A stretch of 32,000 bases of DNA from Pradoshia eiseniae (GCF_002946355.1 NZ_PKOZ01000009.1:61190-93189); one strand, 5' to 3'. Positions 9,402 to 17,797 are shown, counted from the first letter of the stretch. Numbers and translations are program-made. Notes: generated by a model not told the origin, from the sequence alone.

Positions 9402-9518
9402 ACTAAGCATATGGTAGCTAAGTATATAGAAAAACTGAGACTCTTACAAAAGATTTTTAGCTGTAAGAGTAAGACAAACGTAGAGAATCAATCATGTTCT
9501 CATACATAGTTCTAATAA

Positions 9519-9543
9519 AACTATGTTCCAAATCTTCATAGTT
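9519..9543 (+). repeat. Palindromic intergenic motif, copy 2 (AACTATG-N11-CATAGTT, perfect 7 bp arms)
   Basis: The sequence is AACTATGTTCCAAATCTTCATAGTT. An extra CATAGTT half-site lies at 9505-9511. Confidence 0.85.
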
Positions 9544-9653
9544 ATCTATAACCAAAGTCCACAAGGAGAAATTAACAAAAAATGGCTCAAAATCAAGTGT
9601 TTTCTCTCAATTAGTTGTATAATTATAGATAAGAATGGAAGGGTTGAGAGAGG

Positions 9654-10040
9654 GTGACGTCAGTGAGCAGAGGATTTTTATTGAAACAAAAAGCTTTTTT
9701 AAAGCTGTATTTGCTGGAAATTGCCGCAAGCCCGAAAGACTATGGTTCTGTTGTACTGGACGATTTGAGAGCAAAGTTTAAGCCATACGGATATTCTCCG
9801 TCACATACCGAATTTTACAAAACATATAAAGAATTATATAAACAAGGCTTCGTCAAAAGAAGAAGCGAGATTAAGGGAGACCCTCATGAAAATATTCAAG
9901 AGGTGTTCATTTATTATTTAACAGAAAAGGGGAAAGAGGAGTTAGAAGTTTACCGCAAGCTTATGAAGGTGGAACTAGAGCGATCCATCGGTATTTTGCA
10001 GACCGCATTGGAAGACCATTATGGACCTGTGAAAAAATAA
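9654..10040 (+). CDS. Divergent winged-helix transcriptional regulator (PadR-like)
   Basis: The pattern LKLYLLEIAASPKDYGSVVLDDL...FYKTYKELYKQGFVKRR...YYLTEKGKEEL matches the PadR-type wHTH layout, with a C-terminal helix following. The family call comes from motif resemblance only. The GTG start follows GAGAGAGG. Confidence 0.45.
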   Translation: MTSVSRGFLLKQKAFLKLYLLEIAASPKDYGSVVLDDLRAKFKPYGYSPSHTEFYKTYKELYKQGFVKRRSEIKGDPHENIQEVFIYYLTEKGKEELEVYRKLMKVELERSIGILQTALEDHYGPVKK

Positions 10041-10053
10041 CCTCAGACAAGAA

Positions 10054-10090
10054 GCAGCCATCCTTATGGATAAGATGGCTGTTTCTTTAT
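10054..10090 (+). terminator. Rho-independent terminator
   Basis: CAGCCATC-cttatggataa-GATGGCTG is followed by TTTCTTTAT. Confidence 0.65.
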
Positions 10091-10136
10091 ATTAAAAAGA
10101 ATGGAATTAAATACAAATATCAGAAAATAAATATTT

Positions 10137-10145
10137 TGTTATAAT
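10137..10145 (+). promoter_or_regulatory. Extended -10 promoter element (TGTTATAAT) for kinase 1
   Basis: A TGnTATAAT match lies 53 nt upstream of the ATG at 10198. There is no good -35, which is consistent with an extended -10 promoter. Confidence 0.45.
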
Positions 10146-10197
10146 AAAGTTTGATAAAAACAGAGAAAGGATTTAATCGTGTTAAATAAGAAGAATT

Positions 10198-11697
10198 ATG
10201 AAAAAGTATAAAAATAATCAGTCCTTGTATTTACTGCTTGCCCATATTTTATTCGTTTTACTCGTATTTCTAACAACGCTTTTATATGGTAGTGCCAGAA
10301 TGTCCACTTCTCTGCGTCATGAAGCATATAAATTGTTTCCGACCCATATTTGGATAGAGGAAACAATTTATCGGTATAAGGATATCGAGGATTTATCCGA
10401 ATTGTTGCAGATGATTCCGAAGGACAATGAGTATATCTATCTTTATGACACTGAAGCTAAGAAAAGGGCTTTATATTTTAAAGATTCAACCGTATTGAGC
10501 CCACAGTATGCTGACATGGATGAAATGTTAATCCCTTTATTGAACTCGTTACTTAAGCAAATTGACTTAGGAAATGTCTATAATGCCTATATTGACCAGC
10601 ATATTGATATTCAATTAGCTGAGCACGAGAACTCCATGCATATTCAAATTGGCCACGATGTTGAAACAGATGCTTTTACAGGTAAGATTGTTGCTTTTCG
10701 CGACGTCACTAAAAGCCTCTTAGTGGAGTTTAAGAATACATTGGGACAATGTTTTTTAATCTTTGGGCTTTCATGTTCGTTTATCATTCTAAACTATAAA
10801 CTTATGAAAAAAGTGTATTATTCTCCATTAGAAAAAATGACAGAGCATTATCTAAAAATGTCACGTTTTCATTTAGAACCTTTTACATATGACCAACCGT
10901 TCATTCCTGAAGTGCAAAAGACGGTAAACGCGGTTAATAAAACGATGTTGGATTTACAGGATGGGCTCAAAGAATCAAAATCGTTCCTTGATGAAATGGT
11001 TCATGAAATTAAAAACCCAGCCCATAATATTAAAAATGAGATAGAACTCATAGATGATATGCTTCCTGAAGCGGATGAAGAAATTAAATCCAGACTTCAA
11101 TCCGTCATGAATGAAACGACAAATATCACCTCGCTTTTATCTAGCATTAAGATTATTTATGACTTGTATTATCTAGGAGCAGCTCCTCCAGACAGCTGGC
11201 TGAATCCTATTGAGAAAATCAAACCAATTTACGAAGAATACAAGGAAAAATACCCTAACCGCCAATTTCATTTCAAATATCATATTAATCCCAATATACA
11301 TATTTGGATTGATCCAGGTTCAATCGAATTAATGATTAGAAACTTGCTTGATAACGCAATTAAATATTCTAAAGATGGGTCTACAATCTTTATTGGCATT
11401 CGCGAGTACAAGGCAGTCAACAAGATCCTTATTGATGTGATTAATTCTGATTCGAGTATTGAATATAGTAATCTAGGGAAAGTCTTCGGAAAATATTATC
11501 GAACAAATCAAGCTAAAGCGAAAACAGATGGCATAGGAATTGGACTTTGGCTGGTCCAAAGCATTGCAGAAATTTATAAAGCAAATGTCCACGTACATAG
11601 TTCAACAAATACAACTGGATTTGTATTTTCAACCAAGCATTATAAAGAAGTGGTTCAAAAGGATCATCATACTGAGAATAAGGCGATACCTTCATAA
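10198..11697 (+). CDS. Orphan sensor histidine kinase, paralog 1 (TM, extracytoplasmic domain, TM, HAMP-like, DHp, HATPase)
   Basis: There are two TM segments (about aa 10-32 and 185-205). The H-box is EMVHEIKNPAHNIKNE, the N-box is NLLDNAIKYS, the F-box-like motif is FGKYYRT, and G2 is GIGIGLWLV. No receiver-domain gene occurs anywhere in the window. Confidence 0.8.
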   Translation: MKKYKNNQSLYLLLAHILFVLLVFLTTLLYGSARMSTSLRHEAYKLFPTHIWIEETIYRYKDIEDLSELLQMIPKDNEYIYLYDTEAKKRALYFKDSTVLSPQYADMDEMLIPLLNSLLKQIDLGNVYNAYIDQHIDIQLAEHENSMHIQIGHDVETDAFTGKIVAFRDVTKSLLVEFKNTLGQCFLIFGLSCSFIILNYKLMKKVYYSPLEKMTEHYLKMSRFHLEPFTYDQPFIPEVQKTVNAVNKTMLDLQDGLKESKSFLDEMVHEIKNPAHNIKNEIELIDDMLPEADEEIKSRLQSVMNETTNITSLLSSIKIIYDLYYLGAAPPDSWLNPIEKIKPIYEEYKEKYPNRQFHFKYHINPNIHIWIDPGSIELMIRNLLDNAIKYSKDGSTIFIGIREYKAVNKILIDVINSDSSIEYSNLGKVFGKYYRTNQAKAKTDGIGIGLWLVQSIAEIYKANVHVHSSTNTTGFVFSTKHYKEVVQKDHHTENKAIPS

Positions 11698-11716
11698 GAT
11701 TCAAATGATTAAAAGC

Positions 11717-11750
11717 AAAAGCTGGCTTATCTGCCAGCTTTTTTATTTTG
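11717..11750 (+). terminator. Rho-independent terminator between the two kinase genes
   Basis: AAAAGCTGGC-ttatct-GCCAGCTTTT is followed by TTATTTT. Confidence 0.8.
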
Positions 11751-11795
11751 CATAAAAATTAGAATAATGTTAATAATAATGAACTGTTATTTTTT

Positions 11796-11804
11796 TGATA
11801 TAAT
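11796..11804 (+). promoter_or_regulatory. Extended -10 promoter element (TGATATAAT) for kinase 2
   Basis: A TGnTATAAT match lies 46 nt upstream of the GTG at 11850. Confidence 0.45.
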
Positions 11805-11849
11805 GTATATTGTGTTTTTTGATAGCATAAAAGATGAAAAGGTGAAAAG

Positions 11850-13358
11850 GTGAAGAAATTTACTGATCGGCAGATTAAACCACCCAATTGGAAATTATCA
11901 CAGCGGTCTTGGATCACGATACCGTATCTATTATTAATCGTGCTTATTGCGAGTACTATTTTTCTTTATGGGTATACCAGAATTGCAATTAACCTAAGGA
12001 AGGAAGCTTACGATTTATATCAGACCTACCTTAATGTTGAGCACATTATAAATCAGGATGAAAATCTTACAAGTAAAAAGATAGAAGAACTGTTTTCATT
12101 ACTTCCAATAGAAAAAGAATATCTATATGTACATAATGAAAACACGAAAGACAAGAGAATTCATTATCAAAATGAAAATATCCAACAATTTAATCAATTG
12201 TCCTATCATGATGAACTATTTAATTCTATATTAACTAAAATGCTAGTACATATTGATTTGGGAGATGTCAACAATTTTTATAATGATAGTTATGTTGATC
12301 TTCGTGTGTTTGAACATTTAGATTGTGCCTTTGTTCAAATTGGCACAGAAGTTGATTCGAACTCCTTTAAAGGAGAAATTGTTTTATTTAGTAATGTTAG
12401 CATGGAAATTTTAAATGATTTCAAACATATTTTCTATCAATGTTTAAAATTATTAATGGTCTTTATTGCTATCATTTTACTTAATTATTATGTTAATAAA
12501 AAACTATATTTTAAACCCCTAGAAGATTTAAAAAACCATTATCTTAATTCGACAAAATTTAATATGAAAGTGTACAAAAGTAAAAAACCAGCTATTAAAG
12601 AAATACATGAAACTGTGGACGTAGTAAATCGAGCAATTTTGGAACTACAGGATGGATTAAAAGAGTCCAAATCATTCCTTGACGAAATGGTTCATGAAAT
12701 TAAAAATCCTGCTCATAACATTAAGAATGAACTTGAATTGATTGAGGATTATGTCGAAGATGAAGAGATAAAAAGAGGACTTGAATCCGTTAAAAAGGAA
12801 ACGGAAAATATTAGCTCGCTGCTATCTAGCATAAAAATTATGTATGATATCTATTATTTAGGCGCTGCAGCTCCTGACATTTGGGTGCATCCAGTCGATA
12901 TTATAGAGCCGATTTTTGAAGAATACCGTACTAAACGACCGGATCGGAAATTCAATTATAATTATTGCATCCATTCAAATGTGCGAATATGGATTGACAA
13001 CGGTTCCCTGGAACTTATTATAAGAAACCTCCTTGATAACGCAATCAAATACTCCAAGAATGGTTCCTCTATTTTTGTAGGCATTCGTGAGCAATTACAT
13101 GATAATATTGTCGTCTTGGATGTTGTAAATACCGATTCTAGCATTGAATATAGCAAAATCGGCAAAATCTTTGATAAATATTATCGGACAAATTGGGCAA
13201 AAGAACAAACGGTCGGCGCTGGAATTGGATTATGGAGCATTAAGAATATTACAGAGATCTACGATGCTGCCGTAAGTGTCCAAAGTTCAACAAATACAAC
13301 TGGTTTTGTGATTACATTTAAACATGTTAAGCATGTAGAAGAATCATCCGTGAATTAA
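11850..13358 (+). CDS. Orphan sensor histidine kinase, paralog 2
   Basis: It is collinear with paralog 1 over its full length and has the same H, N and G2 boxes. The GTG start is preceded by AAAGGTG. Confidence 0.8.
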   Translation: MKKFTDRQIKPPNWKLSQRSWITIPYLLLIVLIASTIFLYGYTRIAINLRKEAYDLYQTYLNVEHIINQDENLTSKKIEELFSLLPIEKEYLYVHNENTKDKRIHYQNENIQQFNQLSYHDELFNSILTKMLVHIDLGDVNNFYNDSYVDLRVFEHLDCAFVQIGTEVDSNSFKGEIVLFSNVSMEILNDFKHIFYQCLKLLMVFIAIILLNYYVNKKLYFKPLEDLKNHYLNSTKFNMKVYKSKKPAIKEIHETVDVVNRAILELQDGLKESKSFLDEMVHEIKNPAHNIKNELELIEDYVEDEEIKRGLESVKKETENISSLLSSIKIMYDIYYLGAAAPDIWVHPVDIIEPIFEEYRTKRPDRKFNYNYCIHSNVRIWIDNGSLELIIRNLLDNAIKYSKNGSSIFVGIREQLHDNIVVLDVVNTDSSIEYSKIGKIFDKYYRTNWAKEQTVGAGIGLWSIKNITEIYDAAVSVQSSTNTTGFVITFKHVKHVEESSVN

Positions 13359-13360
13359 AC

Positions 13361-13388
13361 GGCACTTCTTTATGAAGTGTCTTTTTTA
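13361..13388 (+). terminator. Rho-independent terminator
   Basis: GGCACTTC-tttat-GAAGTGTC is followed by TTTTTTATTT. Confidence 0.75.
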
Positions 13389-13470
13389 TTTATCTATTAA
13401 CCATATCTTCACCGAATAAAACTTGATAGAATTAATAGTAGTACGATTTAATTAGGCAAGGAGGAACAAA

Positions 13471-14448
13471 ATGAAACAGGCAATAAGATGGGGAATTATT
13501 GGTGCTGGCACGATAGCACACCGTTTTGCAACTGCTGTAAAAAAGCTTGATGGGATGGAGCTTGCTGCCATTGCTTCAAGAGATAAGGGAAGATCCGAGA
13601 TTTTTGGCAAGCAATATGATGTGCCGAGTGAAAAATGCTATGGTTCCTATCAAGATCTTGTAAATGATGAAGAAATCGATGCTGTTTACATAGCAACACT
13701 GCATCCATTCCATAAAGAGCAGGCTATCCTATGCCTAGAGCATGGAAAGGGTGTTTTATGTGAAAAACCAGTGACGATGAACAAGAATGAAATAGAGGAA
13801 GTTATAAGGGTTGCGAGACAACATAACGTATTTTTTATGGAAGCCATGAAATCCAGATTTTTGCCGATTAACATCCAGCTGCGAAAGCTAATTTCAGAGG
13901 GTATCATTGGGGACGTACGTAATATGCGCGCAGAACTTGGATTTAAAGCAGATTTTGACCCGGAAGGACGTCTTTATAATAAGGAAAAGGGAGGAGGAGC
14001 CTTGCTAGACATTGGTATTTACCCAGTCTCCTATGCTGCTTACTTCTTAGGCAGCAATCCTTTAAAGATTGATAGCCAATTGACTTATGGGGTAACAGGT
14101 ATTGATGAGAGCAATGCTATCCAGCTTGGTTATGAGAATGGAGCAACAGCTCAATTATATTCAACGATCCAAGTGAATACCACTAAAGAAGCAAGTATTT
14201 TAGGTACAGAAGGACGCATACATATCCCTATCTTTTCGAATGCCCAGGCGGCGACGATATATTTTGATTCCGGCAAAGAAAAAACGATTGCTGAGCCATA
14301 TGAAATCAATGGCTTTGAATATGAAATCAGAGAAGCCGTAAAATGCATGAACGAGGGCTTGCTCGAATCCCCATATATGACATGGTCTGATTCTATTGAA
14401 GTCATGGGAATCATCGATCGAATCTTTGCAGCCAATCAAGTGAAATAA
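13471..14448 (+). CDS. Gfo/Idh/MocA family NAD(P)-dependent oxidoreductase
   Basis: The N-terminal Rossmann motif is WGIIGAGTIAHRF and the conserved EKP motif is present (LCEKPVTMN). An AAGGAGG RBS is present. Confidence 0.85.
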   Translation: MKQAIRWGIIGAGTIAHRFATAVKKLDGMELAAIASRDKGRSEIFGKQYDVPSEKCYGSYQDLVNDEEIDAVYIATLHPFHKEQAILCLEHGKGVLCEKPVTMNKNEIEEVIRVARQHNVFFMEAMKSRFLPINIQLRKLISEGIIGDVRNMRAELGFKADFDPEGRLYNKEKGGGALLDIGIYPVSYAAYFLGSNPLKIDSQLTYGVTGIDESNAIQLGYENGATAQLYSTIQVNTTKEASILGTEGRIHIPIFSNAQAATIYFDSGKEKTIAEPYEINGFEYEIREAVKCMNEGLLESPYMTWSDSIEVMGIIDRIFAANQVK

Positions 14449-14471
14449 GAGGCCTTTAAGGCTTCTTTTTT
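14447..14471 (+). terminator. Rho-independent terminator
   Basis: AAGAGGCC-tttaa-GGCTTCTT (one G-U pair) is followed by a T-run. Confidence 0.6.
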
Positions 14472-14505
14472 ATGGCTGTTTTCGTAAGGATTGTTGCTAA
14501 TGCCA

Positions 14506-14533
14506 TAAAAAAAGACAGCTTTTTTTGCTGCCT
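14506..14533 (-). terminator. Weak candidate terminator for the - strand 158 aa gene
   Basis: On the - strand, GGCAGC-aaaaaaa-GCTGTC is followed by TTTTTTT. The stem is short. Confidence 0.35.
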
Positions 14534-14581
14534 CCGTTATTGAGCCAAAGCCTCCGCGTTAGTTGAATATGTATTTGCCTA

Positions 14582-15058
14582 TTAATTATTCGATAAAACC
14601 ACAACATCATCACTTCTTGTTATTTCGAAGATCAAGTCATCCTTAATACTAAGAATAGAGGAAGAGGTTTTCCCTGTTTCATTTTGACTGGTAAAATATA
14701 TCCCGTAACCATTATTTTGTGGGTATCCATACAAATAACATACAACTTTACCATCCTTTAAAAAAACAATTTGGTTTATTCCTTCATTTACTGTTTCACT
14801 AATGTTATCCCATTTATAGCCAACTGTTTCATATATCGTATCTTTTGTTGTATATGGATCAAAGGAATAAACTACATCCCATTCAAATGGGGTTATATCG
14901 CTTAAATTTACTGTTTCAACAGTTTTATCAATAGATAATACTTCTTCTTTCAATAAATCTTCATTAATATCCCATAAGTCCTTCATTAATAGATTTACTA
15001 AAACAAAAACGGACACAATACCAACCGTTACAATTGCTAATAAATTTTTATTTTTCAT
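14582..15058 (-). CDS. Hypothetical membrane-anchored extracytoplasmic protein
   Basis: It has an N-terminal TM anchor (LLAIVTVGIVSVFVLVNLL), and a GAAGGGGA RBS lies 7 nt before the ATG. I recognise no family. Confidence 0.6.
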   Translation of the reverse strand: MKNKNLLAIVTVGIVSVFVLVNLLMKDLWDINEDLLKEEVLSIDKTVETVNLSDITPFEWDVVYSFDPYTTKDTIYETVGYKWDNISETVNEGINQIVFLKDGKVVCYLYGYPQNNGYGIYFTSQNETGKTSSSILSIKDDLIFEITRSDDVVVLSNN

Positions 15059-15374
15059 ATAAACTTCCCCTTCATATCTTAAAATAACCTTTCCCTTTAG
15101 TTGAAGAAAGTATCTCCATTTAATGGTATCACAAATTTGATTTGTCCCTTATTATTCAAAAGCAACAATCTATCTGAAAACAGCCATTTTTATAAAGTAA
15201 ATCCAGAAAGAAGGAGGGAGGAGGGCAGAATAAACAGCTGCAGAGCAAATGTAAATGATTTTGTGATCGTAACGATTCCAGCAGCATTTACATGAATGAC
15301 GTTTGGCTGAAGAAGAAATTTGTATATATGCTGTCTATAAAGCCAAACTATCGATAACGATGAAAGGAGTGGTT

Positions 15375-15521
15375 ATGATGAAAGAAAAAAACAAAAAGAC
15401 AAATGACAATGAAAAAAATGAAGAACTTCAGCAGCATACACTAGATATGCTCGATGAAATCGAGAACATCCAGACTTATGAGACATATGATAAAAATCGG
15501 ATTGATACGACCAATTTATAA
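15375..15521 (+). CDS. Small highly charged hypothetical protein (48 aa)
   Basis: An AAAGGAG RBS lies 5 nt before the ATG at 15375. The longer ORF-track start at 15303 has no RBS. A weak GC hairpin with a T-run lies downstream (about 15527-15556). Confidence 0.4.
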   Translation: MMKEKNKKTNDNEKNEELQQHTLDMLDEIENIQTYETYDKNRIDTTNL

Positions 15522-15907
15522 TTGGAAGACGCGCTAATTCAATTGGCGCGGTTTTTAATAGAAGAATAAAACTATAAATGTATTATGTTAACTAGAACGA
15601 GAAGAAATGAAATGAATTGGGTAGTTGCTCACAAAATAAAAGTTAATTTCGTCTGAGAGCTAATTTGAAGCATCCTAATTAATGGGATAATTGCTGAGAA
15701 TGAATAGTAAACAGAAATTATTCAGTATGATTTAAAATGCTTTTTAATACGCTGCTAAATAAATATCTGTAAGCTGATACATATAATTATTAAATGAATC
15801 TAAAATTAGAATTAATAATTAAATGTGATACTTTCTTAAATTTCTCTGTTTTGTCTCAATTGCTTAAGTAATCTTTAGAAATGAGACACTTATAAATTCC
15901 AAATCAA

Positions 15908-15947
<40 letters not shown>

Positions 15948-16127
15948 AGAAATTCAATTTAATCTTAATCTCTCCCTTTCCTGCACCCGCTAATGTATTT
16001 TTTATTCTTCGATGCACCTTTCGCTATGATTAACATGTATATATAAATTAATCACATGTATGGTTCCTTGTATTACACCATCTTTATGTTTCTGGATCAG
16101 CAAGTCGCATTCCATTATAAAGCATAT

Positions 16128-16157
16128 AAAAAACCGCAGCCAGGCTGACTGCAGTTA
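16128..16157 (-). terminator. Rho-independent terminator of the RHH-like gene
   Basis: On the - strand, CTGCAG...CTGCGG form a hairpin followed by TTTTTT (the A-run at 16128-16133 on +). Confidence 0.6.
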
Positions 16158-16176
16158 TCTTAGGTAAAAAGCTGAT

Positions 16177-16554
16177 TTATTGATGCTCAATTCGATTTTT
16201 ATAATCGCGGTCCTTGGTTTTGTCAATATCAATATAGCTGACGCTGTATTCGATGACATCATTGATGAATAAATGATGATCCTTGGCGAACTGTTTTACT
16301 TTTTCTAATAAATCCTTATCATACGTTGTTTTATACTGGATGCGATCCTTAGGCCGGGTTTCTTTGCTGTAGATAATCTCACCGCGGTTTAATACATTCT
16401 CAAGGCCTGTCTCTAATAAATAATTGATATATGTATCATGCTCATCAGCCATATCAGCCAGTTGATCAAGAATCTTTTTACTGATATTAGTCCTGAATTT
16501 CACACGTGAAGTGTCTGTTGCTTGAATTAAACGTCCGTCAATTTTTTTCCACAT
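16177..16554 (-). CDS. Hypothetical protein with two tandem ribbon-helix-helix-like repeats
   Basis: An AAGGAAGGA RBS lies 6 nt before the ATG. There is an internal duplication: VKFRTNISKKILDQLADMADEHDTYINYLLETGLENV versus IQYKTTYDKDLLEKVKQFAKDHHLFINDVIEYSVSYI. Each repeat shows a strand-helix-helix pattern. Confidence 0.65.
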   Translation of the reverse strand: MWKKIDGRLIQATDTSRVKFRTNISKKILDQLADMADEHDTYINYLLETGLENVLNRGEIIYSKETRPKDRIQYKTTYDKDLLEKVKQFAKDHHLFINDVIEYSVSYIDIDKTKDRDYKNRIEHQ

Positions 16555-16672
16555 TGTTGATCCTTCCTTAATGATTTTCTTATATATATGAAGTATAAAT
16601 GATTTAGCTATGGGCGGACAGATTTAATTTCATGATGATTCTAAATCAGTACTACATCCCCTCCCTTCCCTA

Positions 16673-16686
16673 AGAACATATGTTCC
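16673..16686. promoter_or_regulatory. Candidate LexA (Cheo/SOS) box, AGAACATATGTTCC
   Basis: GAACATATGTTC is a perfect 12 bp palindrome. It matches the Bacillus LexA consensus CGAAC-N4-GTTCG at 12 of 14 positions of the idealised CGAACATATGTTCG. It lies about 120 nt upstream of the start of the - strand RHH-like gene. Confidence 0.45.
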
Positions 16687-16925
16687 TATATACTAAAAAT
16701 ATCAATTCCCCCCTTTTGCCCTATTTTAAGATTGGATTTTACAGCAAATGTTAAAATGAATAACATTTTTGTTATTATTCGTGTTTTACGTAAAAGTCTT
16801 GGTATTCAGCCAGTGAGCAAATCGCATTTCACCATCTTAAATCCGAACAATAATCTTCTATAATCCTATGATATTCGGCAATTCAAGGTAGGTCTTTCTT
16901 CATTTTAATGATAATGTTAAATTGT

Positions 16926-16950
16926 CACTATGAAGATTTAGAACATAGTT
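16926..16950 (-). repeat. Palindromic intergenic motif, copy 3 (inverted orientation)
   Basis: The reverse complement is AACTATGTTCTAAATCTTCATAGTG, with one change in the 21 nt core relative to copies 1 and 2. It lies upstream of the ATPase gene promoter. Confidence 0.85.
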
Positions 16951-17009
16951 TCAGAAGAATGTTGTTCTAACTGCTACTTGCTCTTTTTCGGAATAGTTGT
17001 TGAAATTGG

Positions 17010-17037
17010 TTGAAGGAAAGGGTTTAATTGAGATAAT
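17010..17037 (+). promoter_or_regulatory. Candidate SigA promoter of the ATPase gene
   Basis: TTGAAG (17010-17015), a 16 nt spacer and a TGaGATAAT extended -10 (17029-17037). Confidence 0.4.
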
Positions 17038-17062
17038 GTGGTAACTGATAAGGAGGATAATG

Positions 17063-17797
17063 ATGTTTTTAAAGAAAGTGACGTTATTGCGGGATCGGAT
17101 TCCTGCCGCAGACCAATATCCCTTCTCCATCCCAGCCATTCAAGCACTTGATTCTCTTCATTTTAAAAAACCTATTTGTTTCTTCGTTGGTGAAAACGGA
17201 ACTGGAAAATCCACCTTATTGGAAGGAATTGCGGCGAATATAGGCTTTAATCCGGGCGGCGGGAGTCGCAGCAATTCTTTTGATGTCGGAGCCTCTTCTA
17301 CACAACTAGAGGAATGCTTACGTTTATCTTGGCTGCCGAAGATTTCAAATGGATTCTTCTTTCGTGCTGAAACCTTTTATCATTTTGCTTCCTATCTTGA
17401 TAAAATCGAAAGAAACGATGGGAATAATTTTAGGGATTATGGTGGTAAATCCCTTCATGAGCAATCCCATGGTGAATCTTTCCTGAATCTCTTTTCCAAT
17501 CGTTTTCATGGTAAAGCTATTTATCTGCTGGATGAGCCAGAGGCGGCCCTCTCTCCCGCTCGCCAATTGACGTTTTTACGGGTCATCCATGATCTAGTGA
17601 AACAGAAAAATGTTCAGATGATTATTGCTACCCACTCACCTATATTACTTGGTTATCCGAATGCGCAGATTTACAGCTTTGATGACAATGAGATTAAAGA
17701 GGTATCCTATGAGATGACAGACCATTACACAATCACGAAATATTTCTTGCAGCATCGTGAAAAAATGTTGGACGAGTTATTTAAAGAAGATGAATGA
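17063..17797 (+). CDS. Stand-alone ABC/SMC-type P-loop ATPase (AAA_21 / COG3910-like)
   Basis: Walker A is GENGTGKST, with SHGES, Walker B IYLLDEPEAALSP and the H-loop IIATHSP. AAGGAGG at 17050-17056 favours the ATG at 17063, although the ATG at 17060 is also possible. Confidence 0.75.
   Translation: MFLKKVTLLRDRIPAADQYPFSIPAIQALDSLHFKKPICFFVGENGTGKSTLLEGIAANIGFNPGGGSRSNSFDVGASSTQLEECLRLSWLPKISNGFFFRAETFYHFASYLDKIERNDGNNFRDYGGKSLHEQSHGESFLNLFSNRFHGKAIYLLDEPEAALSPARQLTFLRVIHDLVKQKNVQMIIATHSPILLGYPNAQIYSFDDNEIKEVSYEMTDHYTITKYFLQHREKMLDELFKEDE

Noticed and set aside
9396-9509. 37-codon ORF (MVTKHMVAKYIEKL...) starting inside repeat copy 1
   Set aside because: There is no Shine-Dalgarno sequence upstream of the ATG. 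The equivalent position in the other three repeat copies has no start codon, so the ATG is a by-product of the repeat sequence.
15101-15295. 64 aa TTG-initiated ORF in the 15.1-15.3 kb spacer
   Set aside because: It has no RBS. It runs through the purine-rich tract and inverted repeat, and its sequence looks non-protein-like.
16002-16115. 37-codon ORF on the - strand just downstream of the RHH-gene terminator
   Set aside because: It has no RBS, lies immediately after a terminator with no promoter-like sequence, and is very short.
16941-16952. GAACATAGTTTC inside repeat copy 3 as a second LexA box
   Set aside because: Only one half-site (GAAC) is intact. The second half reads TTTC, and the outer positions also mismatch the consensus. 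The other repeat copies are worse, so the resemblance is probably a coincidence arising from the shared ATGTTC element.
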